A DNA stretch of 64,000 nt from an uncultured Rivularia sp. (GCA_963665115.1 OY762007.1:4160001-4224000), one strand, 5' to 3'. Positions 43,963-55,344 are shown, counted from the stretch's first letter. The notes: a model not told the origin generated them from the sequence alone. Numbers and translations: made by a program.

Positions 43963-45351
43963 ATGGATGATATACAGGGTAAAGTTTTTAACGATTTTGA
44001 ACCTACTTCTTATACAGACGGTAGCTACTTGGGGATGGTAAAACATAGCAAGGAATCTAAAAAACATTATGAAATGAAGTTTAAAGAAGAGTTAGTCAAA
44101 GTTAATCAGCGACTACGTTCTAGCAAAACTAAGGTAAGCATAGAATCGACTAAAGGGGCATTACAGCTTAGAGCTACATTGCCACTCAAGCCAGATGATA
44201 CTCATCCTCAAGGCAAATTGACTAAGCAATATAAAATAAGCTTGGGAATCCCCGCTAACTTTGAAGGCTTGAAAACTGCCGAGGAGGAAGCTTATGAATT
44301 AGGTAGATTGATTGCTCGTAAAATGTTTGTTTGGAATGACAAGTATTTAGGTACAAAAGCTGTTCAAAAAAACAATATTACTTTTGATAAATTTTGCGAA
44401 CAGTTAGAAGAAAGATTCTTTGAGAAAAGAAAACGTACTCTTAAAAGTGAAAATACATTTGATGGCTTCAAGTACCCTTTTAAAAAATATTTTTCTGGTA
44501 GTGAAATTATCACTATAGATGCAATAAAGAAAAGAGTACTTACCACGACACAGCCATATGTAAGGAAAAGGGCCATAGTTGCTGCTTGTTTTATATGCAA
44601 GCAATTAGACATCGAACATTCATTCAATGATCTAAAGTTGCCGCTCATTCCATCAAAAAGGAATATTCCTAGTGATGAGGAAATAAAGATATCTTTCAAA
44701 CTTTTTGATGAATACTTTACGGCATTACCTCTAAAAAGAGAACAAAGTGTTCAGAAAAATAAATTGCATAAAATAATTTATATATTAATGAGTGCATATG
44801 GATTAAGACCTAGAGAAATTTTAAATCAACCCGATATTGATTGGTTTGTATCAAAAAATAATGCTCAAAAAACTTTTAAAGTTCATGAGTCGAACAAAAC
44901 TGGCTATAGAGAGGTATTCCCTTTTATGCCTGAGTTATTGGATCTGGTTGATGTTAATTCTGACAGTGATTTGATTAATAGTTTAAGGAATGCTATTAAA
45001 TGGCAAGATATAAAGCTTTTAACCGCCAGAGTTACTGAAATAAGTAAATATTTTTCAAAAGTTGGGATACCATTTAAGCCTTACGATTTACGTCACGCTT
45101 GCGCTATTCGCGCACACCTGCAAGGAGTTCCGATTAAAGCCGCTGCTGACAATCTAGGACATTCGGTTGAAATGCACACAAAAGTTTATCAGCGGTGGTT
45201 TGGACTTGAAAACAGAAGAAAAGCTTTTGAACAAACGTTTGAAGACATAAACGAGATAGATAGATTGAGAGACGAACTAACGCGAGCTAAGCAAGAAATA
45301 GCCGATTTAAAGTTAAAATTAGCTAGGACTAAGTTAGAAAAGATGGTGTAA
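43963..45351 (+). CDS. XisA-like tyrosine recombinase of the nifN element
   Basis: YGLRPRE, YDLRHACAIR, LGHSVEMHTKVYQRWF. Confidence 0.93.
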   Translation: MDDIQGKVFNDFEPTSYTDGSYLGMVKHSKESKKHYEMKFKEELVKVNQRLRSSKTKVSIESTKGALQLRATLPLKPDDTHPQGKLTKQYKISLGIPANFEGLKTAEEEAYELGRLIARKMFVWNDKYLGTKAVQKNNITFDKFCEQLEERFFEKRKRTLKSENTFDGFKYPFKKYFSGSEIITIDAIKKRVLTTTQPYVRKRAIVAACFICKQLDIEHSFNDLKLPLIPSKRNIPSDEEIKISFKLFDEYFTALPLKREQSVQKNKLHKIIYILMSAYGLRPREILNQPDIDWFVSKNNAQKTFKVHESNKTGYREVFPFMPELLDLVDVNSDSDLINSLRNAIKWQDIKLLTARVTEISKYFSKVGIPFKPYDLRHACAIRAHLQGVPIKAAADNLGHSVEMHTKVYQRWFGLENRRKAFEQTFEDINEIDRLRDELTRAKQEIADLKLKLARTKLEKMV

Positions 45352-45381
45352 CTGCAACTCTAATCGCTATATAGCTATTTC

Positions 45382-45410
45382 AAAAGTAGGTGAAAAACAC
45401 CTATTTTTTT
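45382..45410 (+). terminator. Terminator-like hairpin after the nifN-element recombinase
   Basis: TAGGTG-aaaaa-CACCTA plus T-run; similar hairpins follow the nifK recombinases (37002-37022, 38869-38894). Confidence 0.6.
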
Positions 45411-45727
45411 GTGCTTACAACGATTTTAATAGCTAAAACTGTATTTATTATAAGTAGTAAAAATAATAAGCACGTGGATATGTATCTATTATAAAAACTG
45501 CTCAGAATGAACTATTTTGATTGTTTTTATTTTCTAAAAAATAATTAATATAATATCTATTGTCAAATTAGTAAATAATCAGTAAACAAGTAATTAAATT
45601 AATTTACTGTTTTAACTGACGTTTATCTTTTTCAGGTGATGAAAATTAGTCAATTCTTAGTCAACAGTTAATAGCTGTATGCCAGAATGCTTGAAGCAGT
45701 AATATTTTAGCTATCCTTAGTTTCGCA

Positions 45728-46925
45728 CCACGGTTCACAAGGATGTACGGCTTTCGCTAAAGTTGTATTAGTACGCCATTTTCGAGAGGCGATTCCTCTT
45801 TCTACTACGGCAATGACGGAAGTATCTACTATTTTGGGTGGAGAGGATAATGTCGAGCAAGCAATTCTAACTTTGGTGGAAAAGGTAAATCCTGAAATTA
45901 TTGGTCTTTGTACTACGGGGCTGACGGAAACTAGGGGGGATGATATGGAACAAATCCTCAGAGATTTTCGTAAAAGTCATCCTCATTTGAACGAGTTACC
46001 GATTTTGTTAGTCTCTTCACCAGATTTTAAAGGAGCCTTGCAAGACGGATATGCTGCTGCTGTAGAAAGCATGGTTCGCGAACTTCCTCAAAAAGGTGAA
46101 ATTAAAGGTTCACAAGTTAATATCTTGATAAGTTCCGCTTTTACCCCAGGGGATTTACAGGAAGTCAAAGAAATTGTTAGTGCTTTTGGATTGACTCCTA
46201 TTCTTATACCCGATCTTTCCGCCTCATTAGATGGTCATCTAGACGATTCTTGGAGTCCGATAACGGGCGGTGGTACGACTTTGAAGCAACTGCGTGAAAT
46301 GGGCAGTTCGGCTTTTACTATTGCGATCGGCGAGAGTATGCGGGGTGCAGCGGAAATTTTAGATAAACGCTTTGCAATTCCTTACGAATTATTTACAGAG
46401 CTAACTGGATTAGATGCTGTAGATAACTTTTTACAAGCGCTATCAGATCTTAGTGGTGTTAGCGTTCCAGAAAAATATCGTCGGCAACGCCGTCAATTAC
46501 AAGACGCGATGCTCGATACTCACTTTTTCTTTGGTCGCAAGCGGGTATCCTTAGCTTTAGAACCCGATCAGCTTTACACAACGGCTAATTTTATGCAATC
46601 AATGGGAGCAGAAATTCAAGCCGCAGTCACCACTACACGTTCTCCTTTACTGGAAAAACTTCCTCTCGAAAAAGTTATCATTGGTGACTTAGAAGATTTT
46701 GAGCAAGTTGCCACGGGTTCTGACTTATTAATTGGTAACTCTAACGTTAAAACAGTTGCTCGCAAGTTAAATATTCCTCTTTATCGCCAAGGTATCCCCA
46801 TTTTTGACCGTTTAGGTATAGGTCAATTTAATAAAGTTGGCTATCGAGGAACTATGCAAATTTTGTTTGACATTGGCAACGTGTTTTTAGAGCAAGAGGA
46901 AATGAGTGTTAAACACGCTCATTAA
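45728..46925 (+). CDS. nifN: NifN fragment 2
   Basis: HGSQGCTAFAKVVLVRHFREAIPLSTTAMTE...DAMLDTHF...GDLED. Confidence 0.95.
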
Positions 46926-47046
46926 ATTAGGAGTTAGGAATTATTAATTGGGAGTAAGAAATAAGAGTAAAAAGTTAAGAGTCATAAGTATTAAAGCTTT
47001 GACCTTTGACCTTGAACCTTTAACCTAATTTAAAGGAGTAATACAC

Positions 47047-47460
47047 ATGAAAATTGCCTTTACCACGAGCGATAACGTTCATATTAATGCTCATTTTGGT
47101 TCAGCAAAAGCGATTGATGTTTATGAAATCTCAGACGATGGCTATCATTTTGTAGAAACTCTTTCTTTTGGTGGTGAACTGAAAGAAGATGGAAATGAAG
47201 ATAAATTAGTACCGAAACTAAAAGCCTTAGAAGATTGCACCATCGTTTATGTTACAGCAATCGGAGGTAGCGCTGCTGCTCGCTTAATTAAAAAGGGTGT
47301 CACCCCAGTTAAAGCGCGTTCCGAACAAGATGAAATCAAAGAACTTTTAGAAAGATTGGTGCAAACTCTCAAAGGAAGTCCTCCACCTTGGTTGCGTAAA
47401 GCTCTACAAAAAAAAGACCGTAACTTTGAAGATGAATTAGAAGAGGATGCAACTGTATGA
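47047..47460 (+). CDS. nifX: NifX
   Basis: MKIAFTTSD...INAHFG, PPWLRKAL; synteny. Confidence 0.95.
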   Translation: MKIAFTTSDNVHINAHFGSAKAIDVYEISDDGYHFVETLSFGGELKEDGNEDKLVPKLKALEDCTIVYVTAIGGSAAARLIKKGVTPVKARSEQDEIKELLERLVQTLKGSPPPWLRKALQKKDRNFEDELEEDATV

Positions 47461-47933
47461 ACCCAAGTAATAGTGTGAACGGTACGGCAACTAGCGATGT
47501 CTTAAGTTCTTCTTTTATTAAGGCATTAGTGCAGCAAATTCGAGGTTTAGATACTTACGGAACTTATAAGAAGTGGTCGGATGATTTACTTCTTAAACCC
47601 TACGTTGTTAGCAAACAGCAGAAACGCGAAGTTTCTGTCGAGGGTGATGTTGACACCAGGACAATATCTCGGATTAACGCTTTTTACCGGGCTATAGCAA
47701 TTCGCATCGAACAGGAAACTGGTTTGCTATCGCAGGTTGTTGCCGATTTGAATCATGAAGGTTTCGGATGGGTATTAGTATTTTCCGGTCGTCTTTTGTT
47801 GGTTAAAAAGACTATGCGGGATGTGCATAGATTTGGTTTTAATTCTTTGGAAAAACTAGCAGAAGAAGGAGATATTTTAGTGCAGAAAGGCATTGAATTA
47901 GCTCAGCGTTTTCGCGAAGTAGGAGAACTTTAA
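47457..47933 (+). CDS. NifX-associated protein (DUF269)
   Basis: DLNHEGFG...RDVHRFGF; synteny. Confidence 0.88.
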   Translation: MNPSNSVNGTATSDVLSSSFIKALVQQIRGLDTYGTYKKWSDDLLLKPYVVSKQQKREVSVEGDVDTRTISRINAFYRAIAIRIEQETGLLSQVVADLNHEGFGWVLVFSGRLLLVKKTMRDVHRFGFNSLEKLAEEGDILVQKGIELAQRFREVGEL

Positions 47934-48025
47934 ATTGTAGTTAGTTGTTAGTTGTTAGTTGTTAGTGGTTAGTATAACAACTATCAACTATCAATTATCA
48001 ATTATCAACTAACACCTATTAGGAG

Positions 48026-48244
48026 ATGTCTATGGCTCAGACCAAAGAAACAACAAATATTGAAGAGTTAAAAAAAAAGATAAAGCGTCTTAATAGTAAA
48101 GCAGGTCAAATGAAAATGGACTTGCACGATCTGGCGGAAGGTTTACCTACTGATTACGAAAACCTGATGGGAGTAGCTGAGGCTACTTACAAAATATATT
48201 GTCAATTAAATGAACTTAAACAGCAATTGAAAGCAATGGAGTAA
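48026..48244 (+). CDS. CCE_0567/DUF683 nif-associated protein
   Basis: KMDLHDLAEGLP. Confidence 0.88.
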   Translation: MSMAQTKETTNIEELKKKIKRLNSKAGQMKMDLHDLAEGLPTDYENLMGVAEATYKIYCQLNELKQQLKAME

Positions 48245-48249
48245 CCATT

Positions 48250-48567
48250 ATGGCTCAAACCTTAGAAGAATTCAATCAACTAGTTAATACAGAAGATTAT
48301 TTCAAGTTTTTTGAATTGGAATACGACCAAAAAGTCGTACACGTAAATCGGCTACATATTTTGCAAAAGTTTTCTGCAAATATTAAGGAGATTGATAAGA
48401 ATAATTCCGGACTTAAAGACTCAGAATTATTAGGTAAATATCGTGAAGCATTAGAGAATGCTTATCAGCTATTTATAGAGTCAACGCCTCAAGAACAAAA
48501 ACTTTTCAAAGTGTTTCACCAGAAGCCAAAAAATGTAGTCAAGCTGACAGAAATTGATTCGGATTAG
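48250..48567 (+). CDS. nifW: NifW
   Basis: EDYFKFFELEYD...VNRLHIL...KLFKVF. Confidence 0.93.
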   Translation: MAQTLEEFNQLVNTEDYFKFFELEYDQKVVHVNRLHILQKFSANIKEIDKNNSGLKDSELLGKYREALENAYQLFIESTPQEQKLFKVFHQKPKNVVKLTEIDSD

Positions 48568-48578
48568 GAGGTAATAAA

Positions 48579-49379
48579 GTGGTAAACCTAACACCTACCG
48601 AGTTGGAACGCTATAGTCGCCAAATGTCACTCCCTAATTTTGGTGAATTAGCACAAAAGCGTTTGAAGTCAGCTACGGTTCTGGTTACGGGTGTGGGAGG
48701 ATTAGGCGGTACGGCTGCACTTTACCTTGCGGTTGCAGGCGTAGGACGATTAATCCTCGTTAGAGGAGGTGACTTGCGGCTTGATGATATGAATCGTCAA
48801 ATTCTCATGACTCACGATTGGGTAGGAAAGCCAAGGGTTAACAAAGCCAAGGAAACACTACAAGCTATCAATCCTGACATTGAGATAGAAACAATTCATG
48901 ATTACATCAATCCGGATAACGTAGACTCATTAGTACAGCAAGCCGATATGGCTTTGGACTGCGCTCATAACTTTACAGAGCGTAATTTGTTAAATGAAGC
49001 TTGCGTGCGTTGGCGAAAGCCAATGGTAGAAGCCGCGATGGATTCAATGGAGGCTTATTTAACTACAATTATTCCTGGTGTAACCCCCTGTCTATCATGC
49101 CTATTTCCAGAGAAACCTGATTGGGATAGACGTGCATTTTCAGTGTTGGGTGTAGTTTCCGGTACTTTAGCTTGTCTAACAGCTTTGGAAGCTATCAAGT
49201 TAATCACCGGGTTTAGTCAGCCTCTACTATCGCAATTACTGACGATAGATTTTATTAGAATGGACTTCGCTAAACGTCGTTCTTATCGCGATCGCGAATG
49301 TCCGGTATGCGGTAATAGCGCTCCCTGGAGGTATTCGCACTCTCAACCTCTTGAAGCCACTGGTAATATCAAATCCTAG
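48579..49379 (+). CDS. hesA: HesA (MoeB/ThiF family)
   Basis: ERYSRQ, GVGGLGG, CLSC, CPVC; synteny. Confidence 0.93.
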   Translation: MVNLTPTELERYSRQMSLPNFGELAQKRLKSATVLVTGVGGLGGTAALYLAVAGVGRLILVRGGDLRLDDMNRQILMTHDWVGKPRVNKAKETLQAINPDIEIETIHDYINPDNVDSLVQQADMALDCAHNFTERNLLNEACVRWRKPMVEAAMDSMEAYLTTIIPGVTPCLSCLFPEKPDWDRRAFSVLGVVSGTLACLTALEAIKLITGFSQPLLSQLLTIDFIRMDFAKRRSYRDRECPVCGNSAPWRYSHSQPLEATGNIKS

Positions 49380-49527
49380 CTTCTACATCTCATCAATATC
49401 GATGCAAGCCGATTTTACATAGTTTGAAGCTTTAGTTAAAACGGAACGCAATTCCAGCATTGCCAATAGAGAAAATTTTTCATTCCCTAAACAAAACAAT
49501 CATCATCTACAAGTACGGAGAAACACC

Positions 49528-49902
49528 ATGACCATTAGTTTGACAGAAACAGCAGCACAACGTTTAAGTTCGTTTTTACAAGATACTTCAACTTCGGAAA
49601 ACGAAAAGCCTAAAGGTATCCGAGTCTCCGCTAAAGATGGTGGTTGTAACGGCTACGAATATGCAATGAACACCACCAGTAAACCTGCTGCGGATGATTT
49701 GGTGGTTAAACAAGACGACATCACTATTTATGTTGATGCAAAAAGTGCGCCGTTGTTGGATGGGATGGTAATCGATTTTATCGAAGGCATGATGGAAAGC
49801 GGCTTTAAGTTTACTAATCCCAATGCAACCAGCACCTGCGGTTGTGGCAAGTCATTTGAAACTGGTGACGGTACCCCTAACGGTACACCTTGCAATCAAT
49901 AA
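49528..49902 (+). CDS. hesB: HesB/IscA Fe-S carrier
   Basis: GGCNG, NPNATSTCGCGKSF. Confidence 0.93.
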   Translation: MTISLTETAAQRLSSFLQDTSTSENEKPKGIRVSAKDGGCNGYEYAMNTTSKPAADDLVVKQDDITIYVDAKSAPLLDGMVIDFIEGMMESGFKFTNPNATSTCGCGKSFETGDGTPNGTPCNQ

Positions 49903-50103
49903 ATTGTTAGTAGTTAGTGGTTAGTAGTTAGTAGTTAGTGGTTAGTAGCTTGCTTATAATTCCTTCACTGTAAGCTGTGCCTGATAGTTTGCCCTTCATA
50001 AACTTTCAATTAACAAATAGCTAACAACTAATAACTAATAACTAACAACTAATAACTCACAACTAACAACCAAAACTTATATTTGTTTGAGGAGAACAGA
50101 AAC

Positions 50104-50403
50104 ATGGCAAGTTACGAAGTTAGATTGATTAACAAAAAGGAAAATTTAGATACCACAGTAGAAATTGACGAAGAAACCACCATCTTAGAAGGAGCAGAAG
50201 AAGCGGGTATTGAATTACCTTTCAGTTGCTCTAGCGGTTCTTGCTCAAGCTGTGTTGGTAAAGTAGTTGAAGGCGAAATCGACCAATCAGACCAAATCTT
50301 TTTGGATGACGAGCAAATGTCCAAAGGATTCGCTCTACTTTGCGTCACCTATCCCCGCTCCAACTGCACAATTAAAACTCATCAAGAACCTTACTTGGTA
50401 TAG
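50104..50403 (+). CDS. fdxH: Heterocyst ferredoxin FdxH
   Basis: [24 protein letters not shown] at 50104 after GAGGAG. Confidence 0.93.
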   Translation: MASYEVRLINKKENLDTTVEIDEETTILEGAEEAGIELPFSCSSGSCSSCVGKVVEGEIDQSDQIFLDDEQMSKGFALLCVTYPRSNCTIKTHQEPYLV

Positions 50404-50545
50404 AGTTTCGATTTAATAATTACAAGATAGTTTAATTTTTTGTCATAGCTTTAAGTAGCTATGGCTTTTTTATTTGGGAATTGGGCATTGGGCATTGGTA
50501 ATTGTTCCTAACTCCCTACTCCCTACTCCCTACTCCCTAATTTTA

Positions 50546-50755
50546 TTAATCTACACCAACCATAACGTCTGTTGCTTTAACTACAATGTAAGCCTCTTTT
50601 CCTAAAGAAAGATGCATCTGATCTGCGGATGATTTAGTAATAACTGAAACAACTTCTACTCCTGGTGCGATTTCTAAAGTTACTTCAGTACTAACAACTC
50701 CAGGTATAATCTTTTTTACAGTTCCTTTTAAGTTATTGCGAGCGCTAACTTTCAT
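50546..50755 (-). CDS. mop: Molybdenum-pterin binding (TOBE/Mop) protein
   Basis: MKVSARNNLKG...SVITKSS...KATDVMV. Confidence 0.9.
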   Translation of the reverse strand: MKVSARNNLKGTVKKIIPGVVSTEVTLEIAPGVEVVSVITKSSADQMHLSLGKEAYIVVKATDVMVGVD

Positions 50756-50891
50756 GGTTTTATTTTTGTTTAGTAATTTAATACTTTATTATCTTATCAA
50801 AACTATATTATTCATATGATTTATTTCAACTTTTATTCATGATTAATCAATCATTCTTCACTGTAATTCACGGATATTAACTTTAAAAACA

Positions 50892-51530
50892 ATGTCAAAA
50901 CCAAACGATTCTAAATCTATAAGTGATATTGCTCCTCGCAATTGGTCGAATTATTACAAAGCTGTTGCTAATCGTCCACCTAGAGAAACTTTGCTCACTG
51001 CGTTAACAAATTTTGAGCGCGATATTCCCAAAGCTGAATCGAAAAGAGCTATTGATTTGGGCTGTGGAGACGGACGAGATACTGTGGAATTACTGCGCCG
51101 TGGTTGGAATGTTACGGCTATTGACGGCGAACAAGAGGCTATTATCCGGTTGTTACAGCGTTCCGATATTGATACCAAACTTTTACAAACTCGCATCGAT
51201 CAATTTGAAAATATTGAATTGCCATTGGAGGTTGATTTAATCAATGCTAGTTTTAGCCTTCCTTTTTGCAATCCAAAGAATTTTTCCGATTTATGGCATA
51301 AAATTGTCTCTAATTTAATTCCTGGAAGTCGTTTCAGCGGTCATTTATTTGGGAATAGGGATTCTTGGGCAACTGATTCAACTATGAATCATCATACTTT
51401 ATCGGATGTCAGATTACTTCTACAACCTTTTCAAATAGAATTACTTAAGGAAGAGGAGCACCCCGGTAAAACTGCTTTAGGAAACGAAAAGTATTGGCAT
51501 CTTTTTCACATTGTCGCACGTAAAAAATAA
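50892..51530 (+). CDS. Class I SAM-dependent methyltransferase
   Basis: IDLGCGDGRD. Confidence 0.88.
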   Translation: MSKPNDSKSISDIAPRNWSNYYKAVANRPPRETLLTALTNFERDIPKAESKRAIDLGCGDGRDTVELLRRGWNVTAIDGEQEAIIRLLQRSDIDTKLLQTRIDQFENIELPLEVDLINASFSLPFCNPKNFSDLWHKIVSNLIPGSRFSGHLFGNRDSWATDSTMNHHTLSDVRLLLQPFQIELLKEEEHPGKTALGNEKYWHLFHIVARKK

Positions 51531-52483
51531 GTTACAAGTTTCCACCTTGTAAGAAGAAAACGGTAACACACCACAATAGTTATAAGTATTGCGAATTATT
51601 ATCGTATATTAGCTTACAAAATCATTTATGAAGTCGATCGCATTTATATGTTACAAAAAAATAGTATCAGTGGATTCTTTTTTTTTATTCGTTGTGTTTA
51701 TTATAGGTCTAGCTCAAAACATAGATTCCCTAAGCGTGAGATATTGCTTTTTTATGGCTGACATTATCTAAGTACAATTACTACTTCAATTTATGTTCGG
51801 AACAGGTATTTTCATTTGATTTTCGATTATCTAGGCAATTCCAATCAAGATTGTTTAACTGCTCGGATAAAGGTGAAAAAATAATATCCTCTCGAAATTC
51901 CGACATACGCAAGCGATTAGTAGTAATTAATATTACCGCTAACAAAGCTCGCATCTGTTCTTAACAGATATTGGAAAACCCTTACAGATAAATGTTTCTA
52001 TCCACCAAGCAATAGGATTATTCAAGATTGCTTGATAACCGGAAGGGTTGTTCTTCCTATAATTTATTACCCCTCATTGCTGCAATCGTTTATCTATGAC
52101 ATCAATTTGTTTATATATTTTACACAATGAACAAAAAATAATTAACAATACTTCTATCATCAACTATGTGGAAAATCTAACCCTACTTTATATAAAAGTA
52201 AGGGTTTAGTTAAGGAAGTTAATTGAACGTTAAAGGATGGGTTATTCACCCGTAACGGTTCTTTTTTTAATGTCATATACTAACTTTATTGATTGTATAT
52301 GATTATAATAGTTGAGGAAGTATTAGATTGTAGAAATTACGATTAATGAGTAAATATTCTGTGGCTAAATATATATTTAGCTAACTTTTTGGTTTTTGAT
52401 TATTGCTTATATAGCAGTTTTTTGCAGACTGAAAATATAGAATATTTGGCTACAATTCAATATTCGATCTATGGTATTGTGAT

Positions 52484-52894
52484 TTGAGTTTGAAAGAATC
52501 AATAAACAGGCCTTATCAAATGAACAGTAAGTATTTCTTTCAGAATGATGATTTGGGACCATTTCAACCTTCATCGGCAGATATTATATTGCGTCAGCAG
52601 TTGGAAAAATCTTTAAGTAAGTTTTTCTATGAAAACTGCGATCGCAAAATTAGAGATTTGTTATCTGTCTGTCGCTGGTATGTTAGTACCCATACCTCTG
52701 CAATGACTCTGGTAATTGAATGTCCGGATCAAGTTACTAACTGGCGGATTTTGCAAAAAATGGTATCAATGGCATCATTGCTGGACAACATTACTAGCAA
52801 TGCGAAAATTCGCGTTTGTCCCCCCAGTAGCGAAGGAATGCCTTTTGAAATGAGGGTGGACGAATTGTCTGTTTATCAGGAAGACTCAGCTTGA
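52484..52894 (+). CDS. Hypothetical protein
   Basis: ORF track; probable start 52520. Confidence 0.65.
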   Translation: MSLKESINRPYQMNSKYFFQNDDLGPFQPSSADIILRQQLEKSLSKFFYENCDRKIRDLLSVCRWYVSTHTSAMTLVIECPDQVTNWRILQKMVSMASLLDNITSNAKIRVCPPSSEGMPFEMRVDELSVYQEDSA

Positions 52895-53395
52895 AAAAGT
52901 TTCATCGGACTCTATGCTTTGTTCAACCATCGCCTTAATTTGTTCAAATACAACATCGGCAGAATGCTTTACAGCATGACTCAACTCCCAACCAAAATCA
53001 AGATTTGCTGCTTCAATTAAATAGACTGTGACAACAAGGGGAAAATCGTCTTTAAAGATTTTTTTTCCAGCAGCGATTGCATTATCCCAACGAAAATCAT
53101 GTAAATTGTAACTGGCTTCTGGTAGAGCTTCTAATTCTTTCCCTGGAACTTTAAATACAGCACCTGGTTCGGAATTAGTCGAACTCGCATCAATAATTAT
53201 TAGGTGTTTGCTACCTCTTGCTTTAAACATAACTTCCATCCCTGCGGTTCCGCAGTCATAAACTTTCACATGGGGATGAGGATATGTGGCGAGATACTGC
53301 TGTAGGCGTTGGGCTATAATTACGCCTACGGCATCATCATTGCGGTTAAGGCTTCCACAACCAATAATTGTGAGGTTTTTTCGATCGCTGGTCAT
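52886..53395 (-). CDS. hupW: Uptake hydrogenase maturation protease HupW
   Basis: IIGCGSLNRNDDAVG, DCGTAG, IIDAS, NLHDFRWD; near hupL. Confidence 0.88.
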   Translation of the reverse strand: MTSDRKNLTIIGCGSLNRNDDAVGVIIAQRLQQYLATYPHPHVKVYDCGTAGMEVMFKARGSKHLIIIDASSTNSEPGAVFKVPGKELEALPEASYNLHDFRWDNAIAAGKKIFKDDFPLVVTVYLIEAANLDFGWELSHAVKHSADVVFEQIKAMVEQSIESDETFSS

Positions 53396-53873
53396 CTACA
53401 ATTATTATTTCCAAATCTCATCGTTCCGATCGGTAAATTCTTCGCCGTTAGAATAATAAGCGAACATATAGACTAATAGCGTGACAAAACAGGTTTACGC
53501 GCAAGATAGCCAGATTTACACAGAATCAAACAAAGAACACTTAAGAAGCAAAATTTCGTCTTCTCAGATATTTTCTTTGTTTTCCTATTCTACATACTTT
53601 TTGGAAAATATTTTTTTATTTTGAAATAAAAATAGAATAATAATATTTTGTTAATATTTCGATTATCATCTATGGAGATATTCTTTTGTATGCAGATTTA
53701 CAAAATGGAATTGGAATTGGGGATTGGGAAGCGGTTTGCCCCGGAAACATTGTAGAGACCCGATATATCACCTCTCTACATTATGGATATGACATCAAAT
53801 CCGGTCGATTGCTTACTGTATAGCCTTTCTTCCAAAAAATTTGTTGTTCCCATTACCAATTACCAATTACCGA

Positions 53874-55344
53874 TTAAGCTACCCTAATGGTGTGTTGTTC
53901 TAACAAAGCATTAGCGCGGGGCTTGTAAAGCAGGTGGAATGAAGATAGGACGCTTGCTAATGTCCGATAATTTCTTGTTCGGTGCTGCTAACAACCAAAT
54001 TAGCAGAATTCATTTCAATTAGATCGGCTGTGAATTGAAATGAGAAATGGTATTGCTTTTTAAGGTCTTCCCGGTTGAGGTCGCTGAAAACACTAAGTTT
54101 CCGTCAGTATAGTTACCAATAACTAAATCTGGCTTTCCCTGAAATTCTGTTAATAATTCCCGTTCGGAATCAATAGCAAAGCGAGAAATCCAGTTTTGGG
54201 TGATTTCTGGTTGAGATTCGCGGAAGGGAACTCGTAAAATCCAGCAATTTTTACTGCCGTATATTTTCTCTAACCGTCGTTCGCGAAGCGTTTCCGAAGG
54301 AAAATCGCAACTGATATCTTCACTATTAGGAATCAAACGTGTAAGTACAATTATTTTTGGTTCGATTGCACCAAGTACATCAAGTCCACCAAGTTTGGCA
54401 TTTTCCTCAATCTGTTTTTCTAATTGCTTTACCCGATCGAGGATGCAAACAACTTGCCCGCCAGTATCAGGTCTTCCCAAAACACCTTCTTGTCCGAACC
54501 ATCCGTGAGGGGAAGTTACCAAAACTTTCAAAATCAACGGAATTCGAGCCATGAATTTTTCTAATATTTCATGGTCGGCTGAATCAATTAATTGGTCTAA
54601 CAATAAAAAGGTTTCTCTAGCTCGAAGAGCGGTATTTCCCCAACCAGGTTCAAAACCAAAACTCCGCAATTCAAAGCGAAAGTTTTCATGAGAAGTGCGA
54701 TCGGGATATTTGTCTAAAAGGTCAATTACTCGTTTTACCTTTTCAGATAGCTGAGATTTACTCTTGATACGTTCGTTAATTAATAACTGTTGACGGTTAT
54801 ATTTATGCAGCTTCAAAAAGTTGAACAAAGCTTCTTGCCAAGCACCGCAGTTGTCATCAAACAATTTACTGGATAAATAGCGATTAAGATAATCAACTCC
54901 ATTACCAATTTTTTTCGAGTCACGGACACTGGGAGAGACATCATAAAAAGACTGAAAGTCAATTGTCAATACCTCCTTGTCTTGAGAATGGTTAGAATCA
55001 ACCAGTTTATCTCGTAAATTTAGTAACTCTTGAATATTTATAGGTTCTAATGTCATATCATCCAGCAGACGATAAGCTTCTTGAGTCGCGATTTTAGGAC
55101 GAATAACTAAATAAAGACTTTCTTTGTCTAAAATAATTTCTTGAGTTGAATAAATTAACTTACCCAATTCTGAACTACGGTATAAATCCTTATTATCTTC
55201 GTTAATATCGCAATATTTGTAAAAAGCAATTAAAACGTCGTTACGGAGTAGATAACGCTTCTCGGATTGACGCAACAACTTAGCAAATTCACGCAAATTA
55301 TTTTTTTCGTGGCTGTCTAGTACGTTTTGAATTAAATTAAACAT
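53874..55344 (-). pseudogene. Sucrose synthase with large internal deletion
   Basis: N-half IGNGVDYLNRYLS, GFEPGWG, PHGWF, LGRPDTGGQV, IGNYTDGNLV; then remnants NSANLVVSSTEQEIIG and C-terminal LYKPRANALLEQH; glycosyltransferase domain missing. Confidence 0.82.

Larger units (their letters stand above)
43842..45734. mobile_element. nifN excision element (1,886 bp; direct repeat CCACGGT at 43842-43848 and 45728-45734)
   Basis: Excision restores PLVHGSQGCTAFAK; 436-aa NifN. Confidence 0.93.

Noticed and set aside
3293..46925. Treating nifD/nifK/nifN pieces as dead pseudogenes
   Set aside because: Exact direct repeats restore full frames and conserved ligands, and the recombinases keep their catalytic motifs
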